The notes: generated by a model from the sequence alone, not told the origin. A DNA stretch of 64,000 nt from an uncultured Lentisphaeria bacterium (GCA_949287225.1 CASEFP010000157.1:175-64174), one strand, 5' to 3'. Counted from the stretch's first letter, positions 1 through 10,766 are shown. Numbers and translations: made by a program.

Positions 1-54
1 CAGGCAGAAACAAGGAATCCGACGTCGAAGACTCCATGAAATCCGCCCCTCTTT

Positions 55-2247
55 TCAAAATTCCTTTCCGGTCCAGCACGGGCGCTGATTGAAAGCAAAT
101 TGCATTCCGTAGAATTTCCGCGGTAGTTCCACCTGCAGCAGATGTTCTGTATGGCGCAGTTTGAAGCGGCACATGGCTTCGCTGATTCCGTAATGATAGG
201 TATAGGAAAAAGCCAGGGATTTGTCCGAATGGAGCAGCTGCAAGGCAAGAGTGGTGTTTTCCTGTTCGGCCTGTGCAATTCTGCGCATGGATGAGAACGT
301 TTCCCTCACACTCTCCGGCGTATAGGGCTCCAGATGCAGTGACTCACGCAGCGCATAAAATTCCGTCATATGCCGGGCGGTCCGGATGTAACAGAGAAAG
401 AGACGGCAAAGAGAAAGATGGGAATGAATCTTCGCCTTGCGGTAAGCGTCTTCCGGAGGCAGGATGCCGTCCAGTGCCGACAAGCCATCGGCCCAGTGTT
501 TTTCCATTTTCTTCAGAGCTTTCAGAAATGCTTTGACTCCAAATGGTTCCACAAAGGTCAAATCGGTCATGACCATGCTGTTTCCTCCGTTTTTGAACAA
601 TGGAGGCAGCTTGTCCGGCGGAGTCAGGAAAAGCGGCTGTGCCGGACCGATGAAAAAAGGCCCTTTGAAATAGCCGGCACTCGGATTGGAAAACGGATGA
701 TGTTCCATGGCACGGTCGAATTCCCGCCATGCGCAAAGCACATTCCGGAGATTTTCACGTCCGAAATCACGGATTGCCAGACGTTCGAGAATCCGTTCCG
801 TTTCCCCGGATGCCGTCAGACCCGCCAGCTCCTGCGCCAGTTCTCCGTTGCAGCCGAGGAATTTCCAGTTGAACAACGCTCCTGACGCCGTTTGCCGGAT
901 GCGCCTGTATTTCCGCATCCAGCGGGAAAGAGCCGGAATGCAGTTGAGCGAACAGAACTCCAGAGAAGCGCCGCTTTCGGTTTTCACCATGAATTCCAGT
1001 CCGCGTTTTTCCGCGGCTTCCTTCTGGCGCAGACAGGGCTGCGAAGGTCCGACACAGCGGAGGGAGTAGTCGAAGGCGACTCCTCTGGCTCCTTCCAGAC
1101 GGTAGGAATCGCCGGTGTCGAAATTAGCCATTACGGAACAGTTTTCCGGAAGATGCGCAATCAGTTTTTCCGCCCCGATGTCCGTCCAGGAGAAGATCCC
1201 GTAGTTCCAGACGATGAAACGGGCGCCCGGGGCACTTTGCGCGACCGCGTCCGCCATGGCGGCGAACATTGCCGCGACACTCTGTTCCGGTTCGATTTTC
1301 CGGCAGCGCGGACAGTCGCATGAGCCATCGGGATTCTGTGCGCATGCCGTATGACAGTGAAGCCATCCCTCGCATCCGGAAATCGCGATAACACCCGCCA
1401 GATTCGGCACCTGCCGGAAGAGTGCGCGCATCTCCTGCGCGTAAAACCGGAGAGTCAGCGGATGGGAGGAACACAGGACATACCGGTCCTTCGTTCCGAT
1501 AAGACGGCTGCCGCGCAGTTCCGGATGACGCGAAAACAGCGCATGATTCCCCGGCAACGGCACGAGATACAGGGAAAGGAAAACGTCCAGCCCGAAACGG
1601 TCCGCCGCGTTGATAATGTTCCTGAGCTGCTCTCTGTTTTTTTCCGCATTGCGGCAGGCGAGTTCAGGAAGGATCTCAGAATCGCTGAAGAGATCCATCC
1701 GCAGGTTCAGATGAAACCCCGTATAACCGTTTCTTGCGATTCCGAGCAGATATCCATCGGGATAAGCAAAGGGCCAGTCGATCGTTCCGGTGGAAGCGGA
1801 TTTGAAGGCCGGGTGAGTCAGTGCCGGATCCAGCGCATTCCGGCTGTCGAACACTCCTTTCCTGAGGAACGGCGCCCGGCGGAGGCGCAGCTGGTTCTGC
1901 AAACGGAACAATGCACAGACCGCACCGTAGGCGGTCGCAGCGTGAATGGTGATTTCCTCCTTCCCGATTTCCATGCGGTAATCACGGTTTCGGCCTTTTT
2001 CCCCGCGAATCGACAGATGCAGGGGAAATCCTCTGCCGTCTTCCGGATTCAGGCGCAGGGCTTCGCGGCAGAATGCAAGAAGATCTTCCGCCGCATTGTG
2101 CAGACATTCCGGACTGTCACTGCCGCGGATGAGAAAGGAGGAAATCCGGATCTCATTTTTCCGGGGCACGGCTTTTTCATCAAGCAGGAACGGATGCTTT
2201 TTTTCTGTGAGCCTGCGGTAATTCCACTGGAGATTCGGAATGTTCAT
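55..2247 (-). CDS. Hypothetical cytoplasmic glycoside-hydrolase-like protein
   Basis: 730-aa ORF whose start abuts the stop of the upstream ORF (2248). No signal peptide. The N-terminal segment (IHAATAYGAVCALFRLQNQL) resembles the GH20b-type N-terminal domain. It is followed by a TIM-barrel-like region and a Cys cluster (DGSCDCPRCRK). Function is by resemblance only. Confidence 0.5.
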   Translation of the reverse strand: MNIPNLQWNYRRLTEKKHPFLLDEKAVPRKNEIRISSFLIRGSDSPECLHNAAEDLLAFCREALRLNPEDGRGFPLHLSIRGEKGRNRDYRMEIGKEEITIHAATAYGAVCALFRLQNQLRLRRAPFLRKGVFDSRNALDPALTHPAFKSASTGTIDWPFAYPDGYLLGIARNGYTGFHLNLRMDLFSDSEILPELACRNAEKNREQLRNIINAADRFGLDVFLSLYLVPLPGNHALFSRHPELRGSRLIGTKDRYVLCSSHPLTLRFYAQEMRALFRQVPNLAGVIAISGCEGWLHCHTACAQNPDGSCDCPRCRKIEPEQSVAAMFAAMADAVAQSAPGARFIVWNYGIFSWTDIGAEKLIAHLPENCSVMANFDTGDSYRLEGARGVAFDYSLRCVGPSQPCLRQKEAAEKRGLEFMVKTESGASLEFCSLNCIPALSRWMRKYRRIRQTASGALFNWKFLGCNGELAQELAGLTASGETERILERLAIRDFGRENLRNVLCAWREFDRAMEHHPFSNPSAGYFKGPFFIGPAQPLFLTPPDKLPPLFKNGGNSMVMTDLTFVEPFGVKAFLKALKKMEKHWADGLSALDGILPPEDAYRKAKIHSHLSLCRLFLCYIRTARHMTEFYALRESLHLEPYTPESVRETFSSMRRIAQAEQENTTLALQLLHSDKSLAFSYTYHYGISEAMCRFKLRHTEHLLQVELPRKFYGMQFAFNQRPCWTGKEF

Positions 2248-3069
2248 TCAACGGCATCCCCTTTCCGTTGCAGTGGCAAAAAACCAGTCGAGCGTCTCTT
2301 TCAGCCAGACTGCGTGATCGCGGAATTCCGGATGCCCGACCCAGGCGTTCTGCAGCAGGACACAGCCGTCGAGAAACCCGCAAGGACTGCGCAGTTCGGA
2401 CAGTATCCGCATCCATTGCAGCTTCCAGAGTTCAAAATCGACAGGATGCGCGCTTGAGGAATGTTCTCCATAATTCTGAAGATAAACGCCGTGAAACAGC
2501 TTTTTCCCGTAATTGACTTTGAACCGATGCAGAAGCGGACCGAATTCCGCACGCCAGAACTGTTCCGTCGAGACCCAGCGCCAGAGAAGGATGCCGTCTA
2601 TCAAATCCAGGTAGGGGGTGATGTCGAGGTGATTCTGATCCGAATACATGACGACATAAAGTTCCAGTTCCGGATTGGCGGAGCGGAGGTTCTCCCGGAT
2701 GCGTTTCACCAGTTCCGGTGTGGTGGGATGACCGGAAAGCTGGAGGAAATCGTCCAGGACGATCCCGCGGATGTTCGGAAATTTTCCGGAGAGTCCGCTG
2801 ATCCGCGCCGCACCTGCGGGCGCATTCTCTTCCCCGTGCGGCAGTCCGCAGAGAATCCGGGCGGATTTTTCAAGCAGAGCGAGATTTTCCTCCACACGGT
2901 CGAAACTGTGCATGCTGTTCATAAAGACGGTATTGGGCATTCCGAAATAATCCGCCGCGGACTCCAGACTGCACCAGCTTTTTGATGTGCCCGAAAACGG
3001 GACCGGAGCACCCGGGGTTTCCTGCGTGTATCCCCACATCCAGAATTTATCTTTCAGACTCATTTCCAA
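2248..3069 (-). CDS. Hypothetical conserved cytoplasmic protein
   Basis: 273-aa ORF in the same operon. It overlaps the upstream stop by about 20 nt and its stop is adjacent to the next start. Composition is normal and I recognise no motif. The start could be M3 (3063). Confidence 0.55.
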   Translation of the reverse strand: MEMSLKDKFWMWGYTQETPGAPVPFSGTSKSWCSLESAADYFGMPNTVFMNSMHSFDRVEENLALLEKSARILCGLPHGEENAPAGAARISGLSGKFPNIRGIVLDDFLQLSGHPTTPELVKRIRENLRSANPELELYVVMYSDQNHLDITPYLDLIDGILLWRWVSTEQFWRAEFGPLLHRFKVNYGKKLFHGVYLQNYGEHSSSAHPVDFELWKLQWMRILSELRSPCGFLDGCVLLQNAWVGHPEFRDHAVWLKETLDWFFATATERGCR

Positions 3070-6000
3070 CTCTCCTGTTTATTTTGATGTTTCCTTCTTC
3101 CGCAACGATTTCATCCGTCGCGGATTTCCAATGCAGAATCCCGTCCTTGACCCGGACTTTCTCCGTCCCGTCCGAAAACGGACAGAGCAAGGTCAGGAAT
3201 TGAACCGATTTTCCCCGTTTCAGCAGACGGAACTGCGGCAGAACCACCAGAAGCTGCCCGTGAAATCTTGTTGTGAAACGTTTGTCATACTGCTTCACTT
3301 CAGGATGCCCCAGCAGAGAGATGATATGCAGTTCCGCTTGAGCGGGGGAAATTTTTTTCCATCCTGTTCCCGTGCGTTGTGCATCGGCGTTTTTCAGGAG
3401 GACAACAGCCTCGGGCGTATCCGGCGCTTCTCCCGTCAGAGACGATCTTTGCGACAGGGCAAGCGAATGAAAACAGGCGGAGGTGCGCAGGGCAATGCGG
3501 TGTTTTCCCGCCGGCAGCCGCAGCTGGAACGGCTTTGTTCCGGCGGAGAGGCTGCGCCATTGCCAGGTATCCGGGCGGGACGGCGGCTGCGGATAGGTCA
3601 GAAGGCGCCTCTGCCCGTCGGCCTCCAGTTCCACTCCGGCCCGGGAACGTGCGTAGATATGCAGGAAAAAAGAGCCTTCTTCCGGAATTTCAAAGTCCCA
3701 TGCCGCACGGTCTTCCCCCTTCGTGCTCTGAAAGAGAGTATCGCGGACACTTTCCCCGATCCGGACCGTGCCGTCGGAATCAATGTCAATGCGCATTCCC
3801 TGATCCGCGGTAAAAACCTGTTCCACGATTGTCTCGTCGGAGTCCGTCCGGATGGAATCATGAATCAGAAAATACGGCGGAACTCCGTCGGAAGCCTTGA
3901 CCATCGCCACCGTGCGGATTCCCCGGCGCAGCCCCGCCCGCCCGCAGGGAATGCCGGAATAATCCGGAACCCCGAAACAGGAGACGCTGAACGCATCGCT
4001 GAAATCCACCGTGACGGATTCGACATTGCCGGCTCGCCGGAGTGCCCCGAGAAGCGGCGTTGAAAAGGAGCTTCTCCACCGCCCCTGGCCGTTTAACAGA
4101 ATCTGGCTGTGGTAATCGGATGCGGGAACGGACTGCCCGGCATCGGCAAGAAAACGCAGGCCATTGGCGCTGAGCGTCACAGCGCCGTATTCCAGATGCG
4201 CATGCCCCGCCTGTCTCGGCGCCGAGACGGTCAGAACCGAATCCTTTTTCCCGCTGCCGGTGCGTAGGACGGCATAGCCGGAATGCGGGAAGACAGAGGA
4301 AGAGGGCAGTTCGGAAAAATCCTGTTCCGACGCCTCGGAGGGTTCCCACCAGAGAAGTCCCGTGACCGTATTCAGTTCCGAGGCGGAACGCGGCACCCGG
4401 TTCCAGAGTTTCCGCAGAAGCGGATTTTTCCCGTAAAGCGCAAGGAGTCCGGTCGGCAGACGAAGCGGCAGATAATCGCTGTCCCCGATCGCGGGAGTTT
4501 CCGAGACCGCTTTTCCCGCAGAAACCGCCATCCAGAAAAACACCTTTTTCAGGTTGGAATCCACCAGTTCCGCGCCGCGGCCGTTCTTCTGAAGGGATAC
4601 CAGAAAGGGAAGCAGTTCCCCTACGGGATGGGCGAAATAGGAGAATCCCTCCTGCGCGTCCCCTTCCGGCGCGATCCAGCGGTTCAATGTGAGAAAGGCC
4701 AGACGCTCCGCCGCATTCAGCGACTCATCGGCAAGTGCGGAAGTGCCCGCCATTGCCAGCGCGATCGGGCCGAGGGATGCTGCAAAATAGATCGCGTAAT
4801 TCCCGCCCCCGGGACTGGCTCCGTAAATTCCGTGAACATGATGCAGGCATGTGGAAAGTTTCTGCTCCATGGAAATGAGCAGAAGACGATCCAGCTGTTT
4901 TTTCTCCGCTTCCGGTATGAATTTCCACAGCCAGTCGTAGGCGCAGGCCACGCGGTAGTCGCAGTGCATGACACCGTATGCCGTGCGGTAACGTTCGGCG
5001 GCTTCCAGGAGAATGGCAAGCGCTTTGTTCCGGAATTTCTCCTCACCGGTTACGCGGGCGGCAAAGGAAAGGGAAAAAAGCGCATCCAGCCACGGGGCAC
5101 GGTAATACAGTTCCGCAAACGCAGGGATCGCATATCGTTTCCGCAGGGGATCATCCGGAATTTTTTTCAGGGATTCGGCTATCCGCCGGTCCTCCAGATA
5201 GGAGTCGCATTGACGGAGAAAACGTTTCCAGGCCGCGCGCAGCGGAGGGGATTCCAGGCGGGCGCGGATCGCCGGAAGATCGGCAGTCAGGAAAAGCATC
5301 CGCGGCCTCGGCAGAGGCGGAGCCGGGACGGATGCGGGATATGCGCGGAGCGGCATGACGCCGGTCCGATCCGTTTCATCCAGCCCCGCCGCTTTCAGTG
5401 CCGCGCGGTCGGGGGAAATCGCAGGCGGGGAATCCGGCAGCTGTTTCGGAACCCAGCGCGGGAAATAATCGCTGGTCTCCGGGGAGCGGGTCACATTGAA
5501 ATGGCTGTTCGCGGCGGGATCGAAGATCCAGATGTCCGCGTTTCCGGAACGCACCGAAGAGTAGGCGATGCGCGAGCCGTCCGGATGCCAGGCGGGATGT
5601 CCGCTCCAGAACGGGGTGCTGAAATGAATCTTTTTGTCGGAGCCGTCCGGTTTCACGCTGATGATGGAATGCCTTCCCTTCCCGGAAACGGAAAAGACGA
5701 TGCGGTTGCCGCTTCCCCAGTCCGGTTCCCGGATGTCGCCGTCGAGCGAGAAAATCCGTTCCTGTGTAAAACCGTTGAGGTCGGAGACAAAGAGCTCGAA
5801 CCGTCCGTTGCGGTTGCTGATGAAGGCGATTCTGTCACCGGAGGGCGACCAGGAGGGCGAGAGATTGGCCGATTTGTTCCAGGAGATATTCCGCAATCCG
5901 GAAGCGTCCGCATTCATGATGTAGATTTCGCAGTTGTTTCCCAGATCGGAAACAAAGGCAATCCGACGCCCGTCCGGCGACCAGCGCGGCTGGTATTTTT

Positions 6001-6340
6001 CCCGCGTGAACCGTGTGAGGGAGAATGCCGGTCCCCCGGACCACTCGATGGAATACAGATTGTAAGTATTGGTGAACAAGACTCTGCGTCCCAGCGGTGA
6101 GACATCCGGTTCATCGAAAAACGCCGGTCCGCTTCCCCGGTATCCTGGCCAGAAATTTTCCCCGATGAAATCGCCGGAAAGCAGACGACGACGCCCGCTC
6201 CCGTCCGAACGGATGGTTTCAATGATTCTCACGGCACGTCCGAGAGAATCCTTCGCATCCGTTCCATACACAAGTTCATCCGATGCTTCGGCACTTGTCA
6301 TCATGACGGCCAGGAAAAGACTTTGAACATGGAATTTCAT
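3047..6340 (-). CDS. Secreted TolB-like PD40 beta-propeller fused to a heparinase II/III-like (polysaccharide lyase-like) module
   Basis: 1097 aa with a signal peptide (MKFHVQSLFLAVMMTSAEA). PD40-type repeats are present (RWSPDGRRIAFVSD, SWSPSGDRIAFISNRNG, AWHPDGSRIAYSS). The central and C-terminal part is heparinase II/III-like (GHAHLEYGAVTLSANG). The ATGA start overlaps the upstream stop. Confidence 0.7.
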   Translation of the reverse strand: MKFHVQSLFLAVMMTSAEASDELVYGTDAKDSLGRAVRIIETIRSDGSGRRRLLSGDFIGENFWPGYRGSGPAFFDEPDVSPLGRRVLFTNTYNLYSIEWSGGPAFSLTRFTREKYQPRWSPDGRRIAFVSDLGNNCEIYIMNADASGLRNISWNKSANLSPSWSPSGDRIAFISNRNGRFELFVSDLNGFTQERIFSLDGDIREPDWGSGNRIVFSVSGKGRHSIISVKPDGSDKKIHFSTPFWSGHPAWHPDGSRIAYSSVRSGNADIWIFDPAANSHFNVTRSPETSDYFPRWVPKQLPDSPPAISPDRAALKAAGLDETDRTGVMPLRAYPASVPAPPLPRPRMLFLTADLPAIRARLESPPLRAAWKRFLRQCDSYLEDRRIAESLKKIPDDPLRKRYAIPAFAELYYRAPWLDALFSLSFAARVTGEEKFRNKALAILLEAAERYRTAYGVMHCDYRVACAYDWLWKFIPEAEKKQLDRLLLISMEQKLSTCLHHVHGIYGASPGGGNYAIYFAASLGPIALAMAGTSALADESLNAAERLAFLTLNRWIAPEGDAQEGFSYFAHPVGELLPFLVSLQKNGRGAELVDSNLKKVFFWMAVSAGKAVSETPAIGDSDYLPLRLPTGLLALYGKNPLLRKLWNRVPRSASELNTVTGLLWWEPSEASEQDFSELPSSSVFPHSGYAVLRTGSGKKDSVLTVSAPRQAGHAHLEYGAVTLSANGLRFLADAGQSVPASDYHSQILLNGQGRWRSSFSTPLLGALRRAGNVESVTVDFSDAFSVSCFGVPDYSGIPCGRAGLRRGIRTVAMVKASDGVPPYFLIHDSIRTDSDETIVEQVFTADQGMRIDIDSDGTVRIGESVRDTLFQSTKGEDRAAWDFEIPEEGSFFLHIYARSRAGVELEADGQRRLLTYPQPPSRPDTWQWRSLSAGTKPFQLRLPAGKHRIALRTSACFHSLALSQRSSLTGEAPDTPEAVVLLKNADAQRTGTGWKKISPAQAELHIISLLGHPEVKQYDKRFTTRFHGQLLVVLPQFRLLKRGKSVQFLTLLCPFSDGTEKVRVKDGILHWKSATDEIVAEEGNIKINRRVGNESER

Positions 6341-8952
6341 TCCCCCTCTCCAGATGAAAAAGTTTCCGCAAACCTGGAATACGCCCGCATTCTCTCTTCC
6401 TCCGGCAGACGCGGTTTTTCCGGCATGGCGGTAAAGAAAATATACTTCCCCTTCCGCTCAAACGCAACCTTTTTTTCATTGCAGTAAACGGCAAGCGCCC
6501 GCGGGGCGAACGCCCGCAGGGCAATCGGACGCGGGAAGGCTCCGGAACGCCGCTCACAGCGCAGTTCAACGCGCAGCGCTGCGCCGTCACAGACCGCCCA
6601 GCCCTGAATCGCCACTCTCGGATAGGTGATCATCTGCTGGTCCCCTCCGGCCTCTTTCGCCTCAAAAATCACATGGGAACCGATTTTCAGGCTGCCGCCG
6701 CACGCCGCAAGCCACTGGAGCGATTCCGGAATGACCTTCGGAAAGGTGCGGAGAGCACTGCGCGGAACACGAACCATCTTCAGACGGGGCGAAAGAGGCC
6801 CTGACGGAGCGGCCGGTTCGCTTCCCGATACGGCGAAAAAGTCGCTTGCCTGTTCCCATTCAAGCACATGGGTGAAACCATACCAGTTTCCGAGAGTTCT
6901 GCGTTTCGGAAGGCGCGTTTCCGGCGTTTCCGGCAGAATCACGGCCGCAAAATTTCCCTTCCGGCTTTCCGCAAGCAGAGTCCGGTGGCTCTGAAAGACT
7001 TTCGGAGCCGGAACATCCAGAATCTTCATTTTCAGATCCGCCGGAACGGGAATCCATACCTGTGTGGCGGCGCTTTTCCCATGAAGCGATGCGTACGGCG
7101 GCGGAGGTTCAAACGGAGAACCGAAGAGTTTCTCTTCCAGTTTCGAGGCGCAGATCCAGATACCTTTAAGTTCCTCATCGGCATGCAGCGCAATCTTATG
7201 TTTTCCTGCGCCGAGAGGAATTTTTCCGGCAATTTTTCTCCATGCGAAACGATAGGGGAGAGCGCTGGAAAACCAGGTGCGGGAGACCTTTTTCCCATTG
7301 ATGGAAACCTGCAGATTGCTTTTCCCCGCCGCAAGCAGATAGAGGTTGTATTTTTCCGCTGCGGGAATCTCCAGTTCCCCTTCCCAGCGCCCGAGAACGG
7401 CCGGGCTTGACGTATGGTGTTCGATCCTCGCAGCATCCTTTTCAAGCCGGAAGGAGGTGAAGGCCTCCTGCTGGAGCCGGAACTCATAGGTGCCGGATTC
7501 CTTCAGTCCCCGGATGGAATCCGTGATCAGCAGATATGGGGGGATCCGGTTGGCACGGTCGGGCTGCAGGATTGCCATTGTCCGGTTGGCGTACAGGACT
7601 CGCGGCGTCGCCTGAGTGCGCAGTGCGTAAAGGACTTTGCTGTTCCATGCGTCAAATGCGTCGATCGTGACGGCGACAGCGAAATCGCCCGTCAGCTGAG
7701 CGTCGACATGACCGGGGCCGCCGTGAGCGTCCGGTGCAGTGCCGTCAATGGTGACGATATTGTGCGAAGTGCCGCTCTGAATTCCGTAGCCGGGATCCGT
7801 CACGCGGTTCACACCGCCGGCATAAAGGACGAATGAACCGACATCCGAATGGGAATGACCGCGCCCGACAATCGCTTCCGCGGCAAATTGAAACGCGTTT
7901 TCCGTCCGGTCTGAACGGTAAAGCAGAAGATTCATTTCCGGATAGAAGCAGGTGGCCGGACCCGTTTTCCTGTCTGACGGAGATGCCGGAAGCGGCATGT
8001 GATAAATGATTCCGGATATGGGGTCGGGACTTCGTTCCGATTCTCCGCCGCAGCGCCGGAGCATCTCGCAAAGCACTCCGGAATCCGGATACAGTCTCCG
8101 CAGCAGCCGAAGCATGAAGAGGGAAGGCTCCTGCTGGTTGCAGTCGCCAAGCGGGAAATAACGGGGCGGATCCGCCGCAGTGGTTTCCATTGCAATCCAG
8201 TTCCCGATATTCCGCAGATGCGTCGTCCCGGACAGCCGGAACCCTTTGCGCTCCAGAATGAAAACCGCGCTGCCGTTGATGTCGAACGGATAATTGGTGT
8301 ATGCACCGTGTTCCGTGACGGCACCATCTGCTGTAATTGCGTGATTCAGCGTGATTTTCAGCGCTTCCGCCGCCCGTTCCAGCGCTTTCCGGTCAAATTC
8401 CGGATGGCCGGAAAGTACCGCGAGAAAACGGATGGCATACGGCTGATACATGAAATATCCCCAGTTGCCGTAGATCGCATGGAACGGATAACGGGACATT
8501 TTCGGATTCTGCTTCAGTTCGGAAAGAATCAGCTCCTTGAGATATTTTCTGGATGGTTCGCTCAGCACATCGTATCCCCAGTCGAAGATCAGGGGAACCT
8601 GGCAGCCGCACTGCGCCAGATTCACCTTTTTCTCCCTTGCGCCGGCGACAAGACGTTCCAAGGCTTCCGCGAACGAACGGTCGCCGCTTAGAAGCCATGC
8701 CAGGGCCAGTTCGCTCAGAGCATCCGGCTGTTTATCAGACAGCTGTCCTTTCCGGATCGCGGTGGACACGCTCACCAGCTTCTTGTGCGCCTCGCAGCGT
8801 TTCAGCAGAAGCTTGTATGCGCGCTCCGGGACGCCTCCGTTTCTGATTTTCTGCTTCAGGCCCGGAATTTCCGACCTGGAAAACAGGAGATGCGGATGTT
8901 CCGCCGCATGCAGGGAACCCAGAAGCAGAAGAATGGAAATCAGAAATCTCAT
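6337..8952 (-). CDS. Secreted heparinase II/III family protein (polysaccharide lyase-like)
   Basis: 871 aa with a signal peptide (MRFLISILLLLGSLHAAEHPHLLF). An alginate-lyase-like helical N-terminal region precedes a heparinase II/III motif (GRGHSHSDVGSFVLYAGG). The C-terminal beta-domain (PLGAGKHKIALHA) is shared with the neighbouring paralog. Confidence 0.7.
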   Translation of the reverse strand: MRFLISILLLLGSLHAAEHPHLLFSRSEIPGLKQKIRNGGVPERAYKLLLKRCEAHKKLVSVSTAIRKGQLSDKQPDALSELALAWLLSGDRSFAEALERLVAGAREKKVNLAQCGCQVPLIFDWGYDVLSEPSRKYLKELILSELKQNPKMSRYPFHAIYGNWGYFMYQPYAIRFLAVLSGHPEFDRKALERAAEALKITLNHAITADGAVTEHGAYTNYPFDINGSAVFILERKGFRLSGTTHLRNIGNWIAMETTAADPPRYFPLGDCNQQEPSLFMLRLLRRLYPDSGVLCEMLRRCGGESERSPDPISGIIYHMPLPASPSDRKTGPATCFYPEMNLLLYRSDRTENAFQFAAEAIVGRGHSHSDVGSFVLYAGGVNRVTDPGYGIQSGTSHNIVTIDGTAPDAHGGPGHVDAQLTGDFAVAVTIDAFDAWNSKVLYALRTQATPRVLYANRTMAILQPDRANRIPPYLLITDSIRGLKESGTYEFRLQQEAFTSFRLEKDAARIEHHTSSPAVLGRWEGELEIPAAEKYNLYLLAAGKSNLQVSINGKKVSRTWFSSALPYRFAWRKIAGKIPLGAGKHKIALHADEELKGIWICASKLEEKLFGSPFEPPPPYASLHGKSAATQVWIPVPADLKMKILDVPAPKVFQSHRTLLAESRKGNFAAVILPETPETRLPKRRTLGNWYGFTHVLEWEQASDFFAVSGSEPAAPSGPLSPRLKMVRVPRSALRTFPKVIPESLQWLAACGGSLKIGSHVIFEAKEAGGDQQMITYPRVAIQGWAVCDGAALRVELRCERRSGAFPRPIALRAFAPRALAVYCNEKKVAFERKGKYIFFTAMPEKPRLPEEERMRAYSRFAETFSSGEGE

Positions 8953-8969
8953 CTCCGCCGCTCCGTTAT

Positions 8970-10766
8970 TCAGATCTGATTGAAACGGTTTTTGAATTCA
9001 AACAGAATCTGCGAATCGCGCCAGTGCCGCAGCATGATTTTCTGTTTCATGCGCAGCTGATCCACCAGATCCGGTCCGAACAGAAATGTCGTTTCCTCCT
9101 CAGGCGAAGAGGCGGTCGGCAGCAGGGGCGCAGGGGCGCTCTCCTCCAGCAGACGGATCAGTTCCTGCGCGTTGTCGATCTCATCGCGCATCACATTTTC
9201 CAGACGGTCGGAATTGGCCAGATTGCTGAATCCCGTGTTTTTTGCCCGGTCCAGCATAGCCTGGAATCTGCAGCAGTTGCGCAGATTTCCGGCAAAACAC
9301 AGAAGTGCCCCGACTCTCCGGATGGAGTCCTCCAGATACGGTTTCCCCGCATTGGACGATTCTTTCAGCGCAAGTTTCAGGGAACTGCGCGCCATGGAAA
9401 GACTGGAAAGTATGGAATTCCAGCAGATGACGCCGCGCTCGGCTTCTTCGAGCGTCCGCCCCATGAATTCATTGCGCAGTCCGTGAATGTTCAGCAGATC
9501 GAGCTCAAAATCCGGACGGTCCAGCGAATCGAACACATATTTTTTATAGTAGGATTTTTCCTCCTCCGTCAGAAGTTCCGGCATCGGCACAAAAGGCCGG
9601 ACCAGAAAGCGGGCGCTCATGCAGCCGTAAAGGAACACACTGTAATAGAAAAGCCGCCGCAGGGAAGTATCATCCACACCGCGGTAAAGAAATTGCCAGG
9701 CGTCCAGAAGGTGATTCCCCCGATCCAGGTTCATTTCCGCAATCAGCTCTTTCAGAAACAGAATCCGTTCCGTCGGTCCGTGCGTCGGCGTGTCGCGGAA
9801 TTTCCGGAAGAGACGGCAGTAGACACCATCTTCCTTCATCATCAGCTGTGTCTGTTCGACATTGACGACAATCACATCCGCGTTTCCTGAAACCGCGTTC
9901 TCCAGTTCTTCAAGCATGGAGAGCGGATTTTCAAACGCAACAGGTTTGTCCTGCGGCGGACGGACAAAATAGATTTTTTCCCTGCGCATGTTTCCCGCGT
10001 GCGGCGAGAGCTTTCCGCTGAAACACCAGAATCCCTGTGTGGCATTGTAGGCAAGCGGATCTTTCGTGGCAAGACCGCTTTCCAGCACATTCAGGAAACC
10101 GGTCACCCGTTCCGTCATCGGACGCTCCCGGCAGAACTCCGGCCCGTTCTTTCCGGGATAGGAATCCTCATTCCAGCACATTCCTGTGCCGGAATCATTC
10201 GTCATGAAGATCAATGTGTCAAGGCAGGGGGCAAGATGTCCGAGCGCCCGGCTTGCCTCCCGGAAGAGATCAAGCACTTCCTTCCGGTCCACGCACGGAG
10301 CGAAATAAGCGCGCCGGCTCCGGAACGGCATGTCGCATCGCGGCCCCCGCCATTCGGGATGTTCCTCGTAGACCGATTCGGGCAGCCATTGCGGGAAAGC
10401 GCCGATCAGCGATCCCTTCAGACCGATTTTCGCCAGATAAGCCGCACGGCGTTTCAATTCACGTCCGTTCCGGGCAATCCGGTCCGCGGGAAGATGTTTT
10501 TTCAATGGATCCGGACAATGAAATTTGAATGGATCTGCGAAGACCGCCGTGTATTCCGGATAAAAATCATATCCTTCCCGGTATCTGCCGTTGTTGTCGA
10601 GCTGCCAGGTTGCGCGCTCGACCATTGCGCTCCCGAGATCCATGTGGGTGAATCCCGCTTTTTTCGCGGCATCCGCGACTTTTTTGAACGCCTCGAAAGT
10701 CAGGGCTCCTCCCATCGCGGGATATCCTGTGAACAGGATTGTTCTCTTTTCTTTTCCAAAACTCAT
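8970..10766 (-). CDS. Hypothetical cytoplasmic protein (598 aa), operon member
   Basis: Long ORF with normal composition and no signal peptide. It lies 24 nt downstream of the DUF1559 gene and 17 nt upstream of the next gene. I recognise no motif. Confidence 0.55.
   Translation of the reverse strand: MSFGKEKRTILFTGYPAMGGALTFEAFKKVADAAKKAGFTHMDLGSAMVERATWQLDNNGRYREGYDFYPEYTAVFADPFKFHCPDPLKKHLPADRIARNGRELKRRAAYLAKIGLKGSLIGAFPQWLPESVYEEHPEWRGPRCDMPFRSRRAYFAPCVDRKEVLDLFREASRALGHLAPCLDTLIFMTNDSGTGMCWNEDSYPGKNGPEFCRERPMTERVTGFLNVLESGLATKDPLAYNATQGFWCFSGKLSPHAGNMRREKIYFVRPPQDKPVAFENPLSMLEELENAVSGNADVIVVNVEQTQLMMKEDGVYCRLFRKFRDTPTHGPTERILFLKELIAEMNLDRGNHLLDAWQFLYRGVDDTSLRRLFYYSVFLYGCMSARFLVRPFVPMPELLTEEEKSYYKKYVFDSLDRPDFELDLLNIHGLRNEFMGRTLEEAERGVICWNSILSSLSMARSSLKLALKESSNAGKPYLEDSIRRVGALLCFAGNLRNCCRFQAMLDRAKNTGFSNLANSDRLENVMRDEIDNAQELIRLLEESAPAPLLPTASSPEEETTFLFGPDLVDQLRMKQKIMLRHWRDSQILFEFKNRFNQI

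Noticed and set aside
1-37. Possible start of a further minus-strand operon gene (ATG at 37, MESSTSDSLFLP...), 17 nt after the stop at 55.
   Set aside because: Only 12 codons are inside the window, which is too little to support a call.
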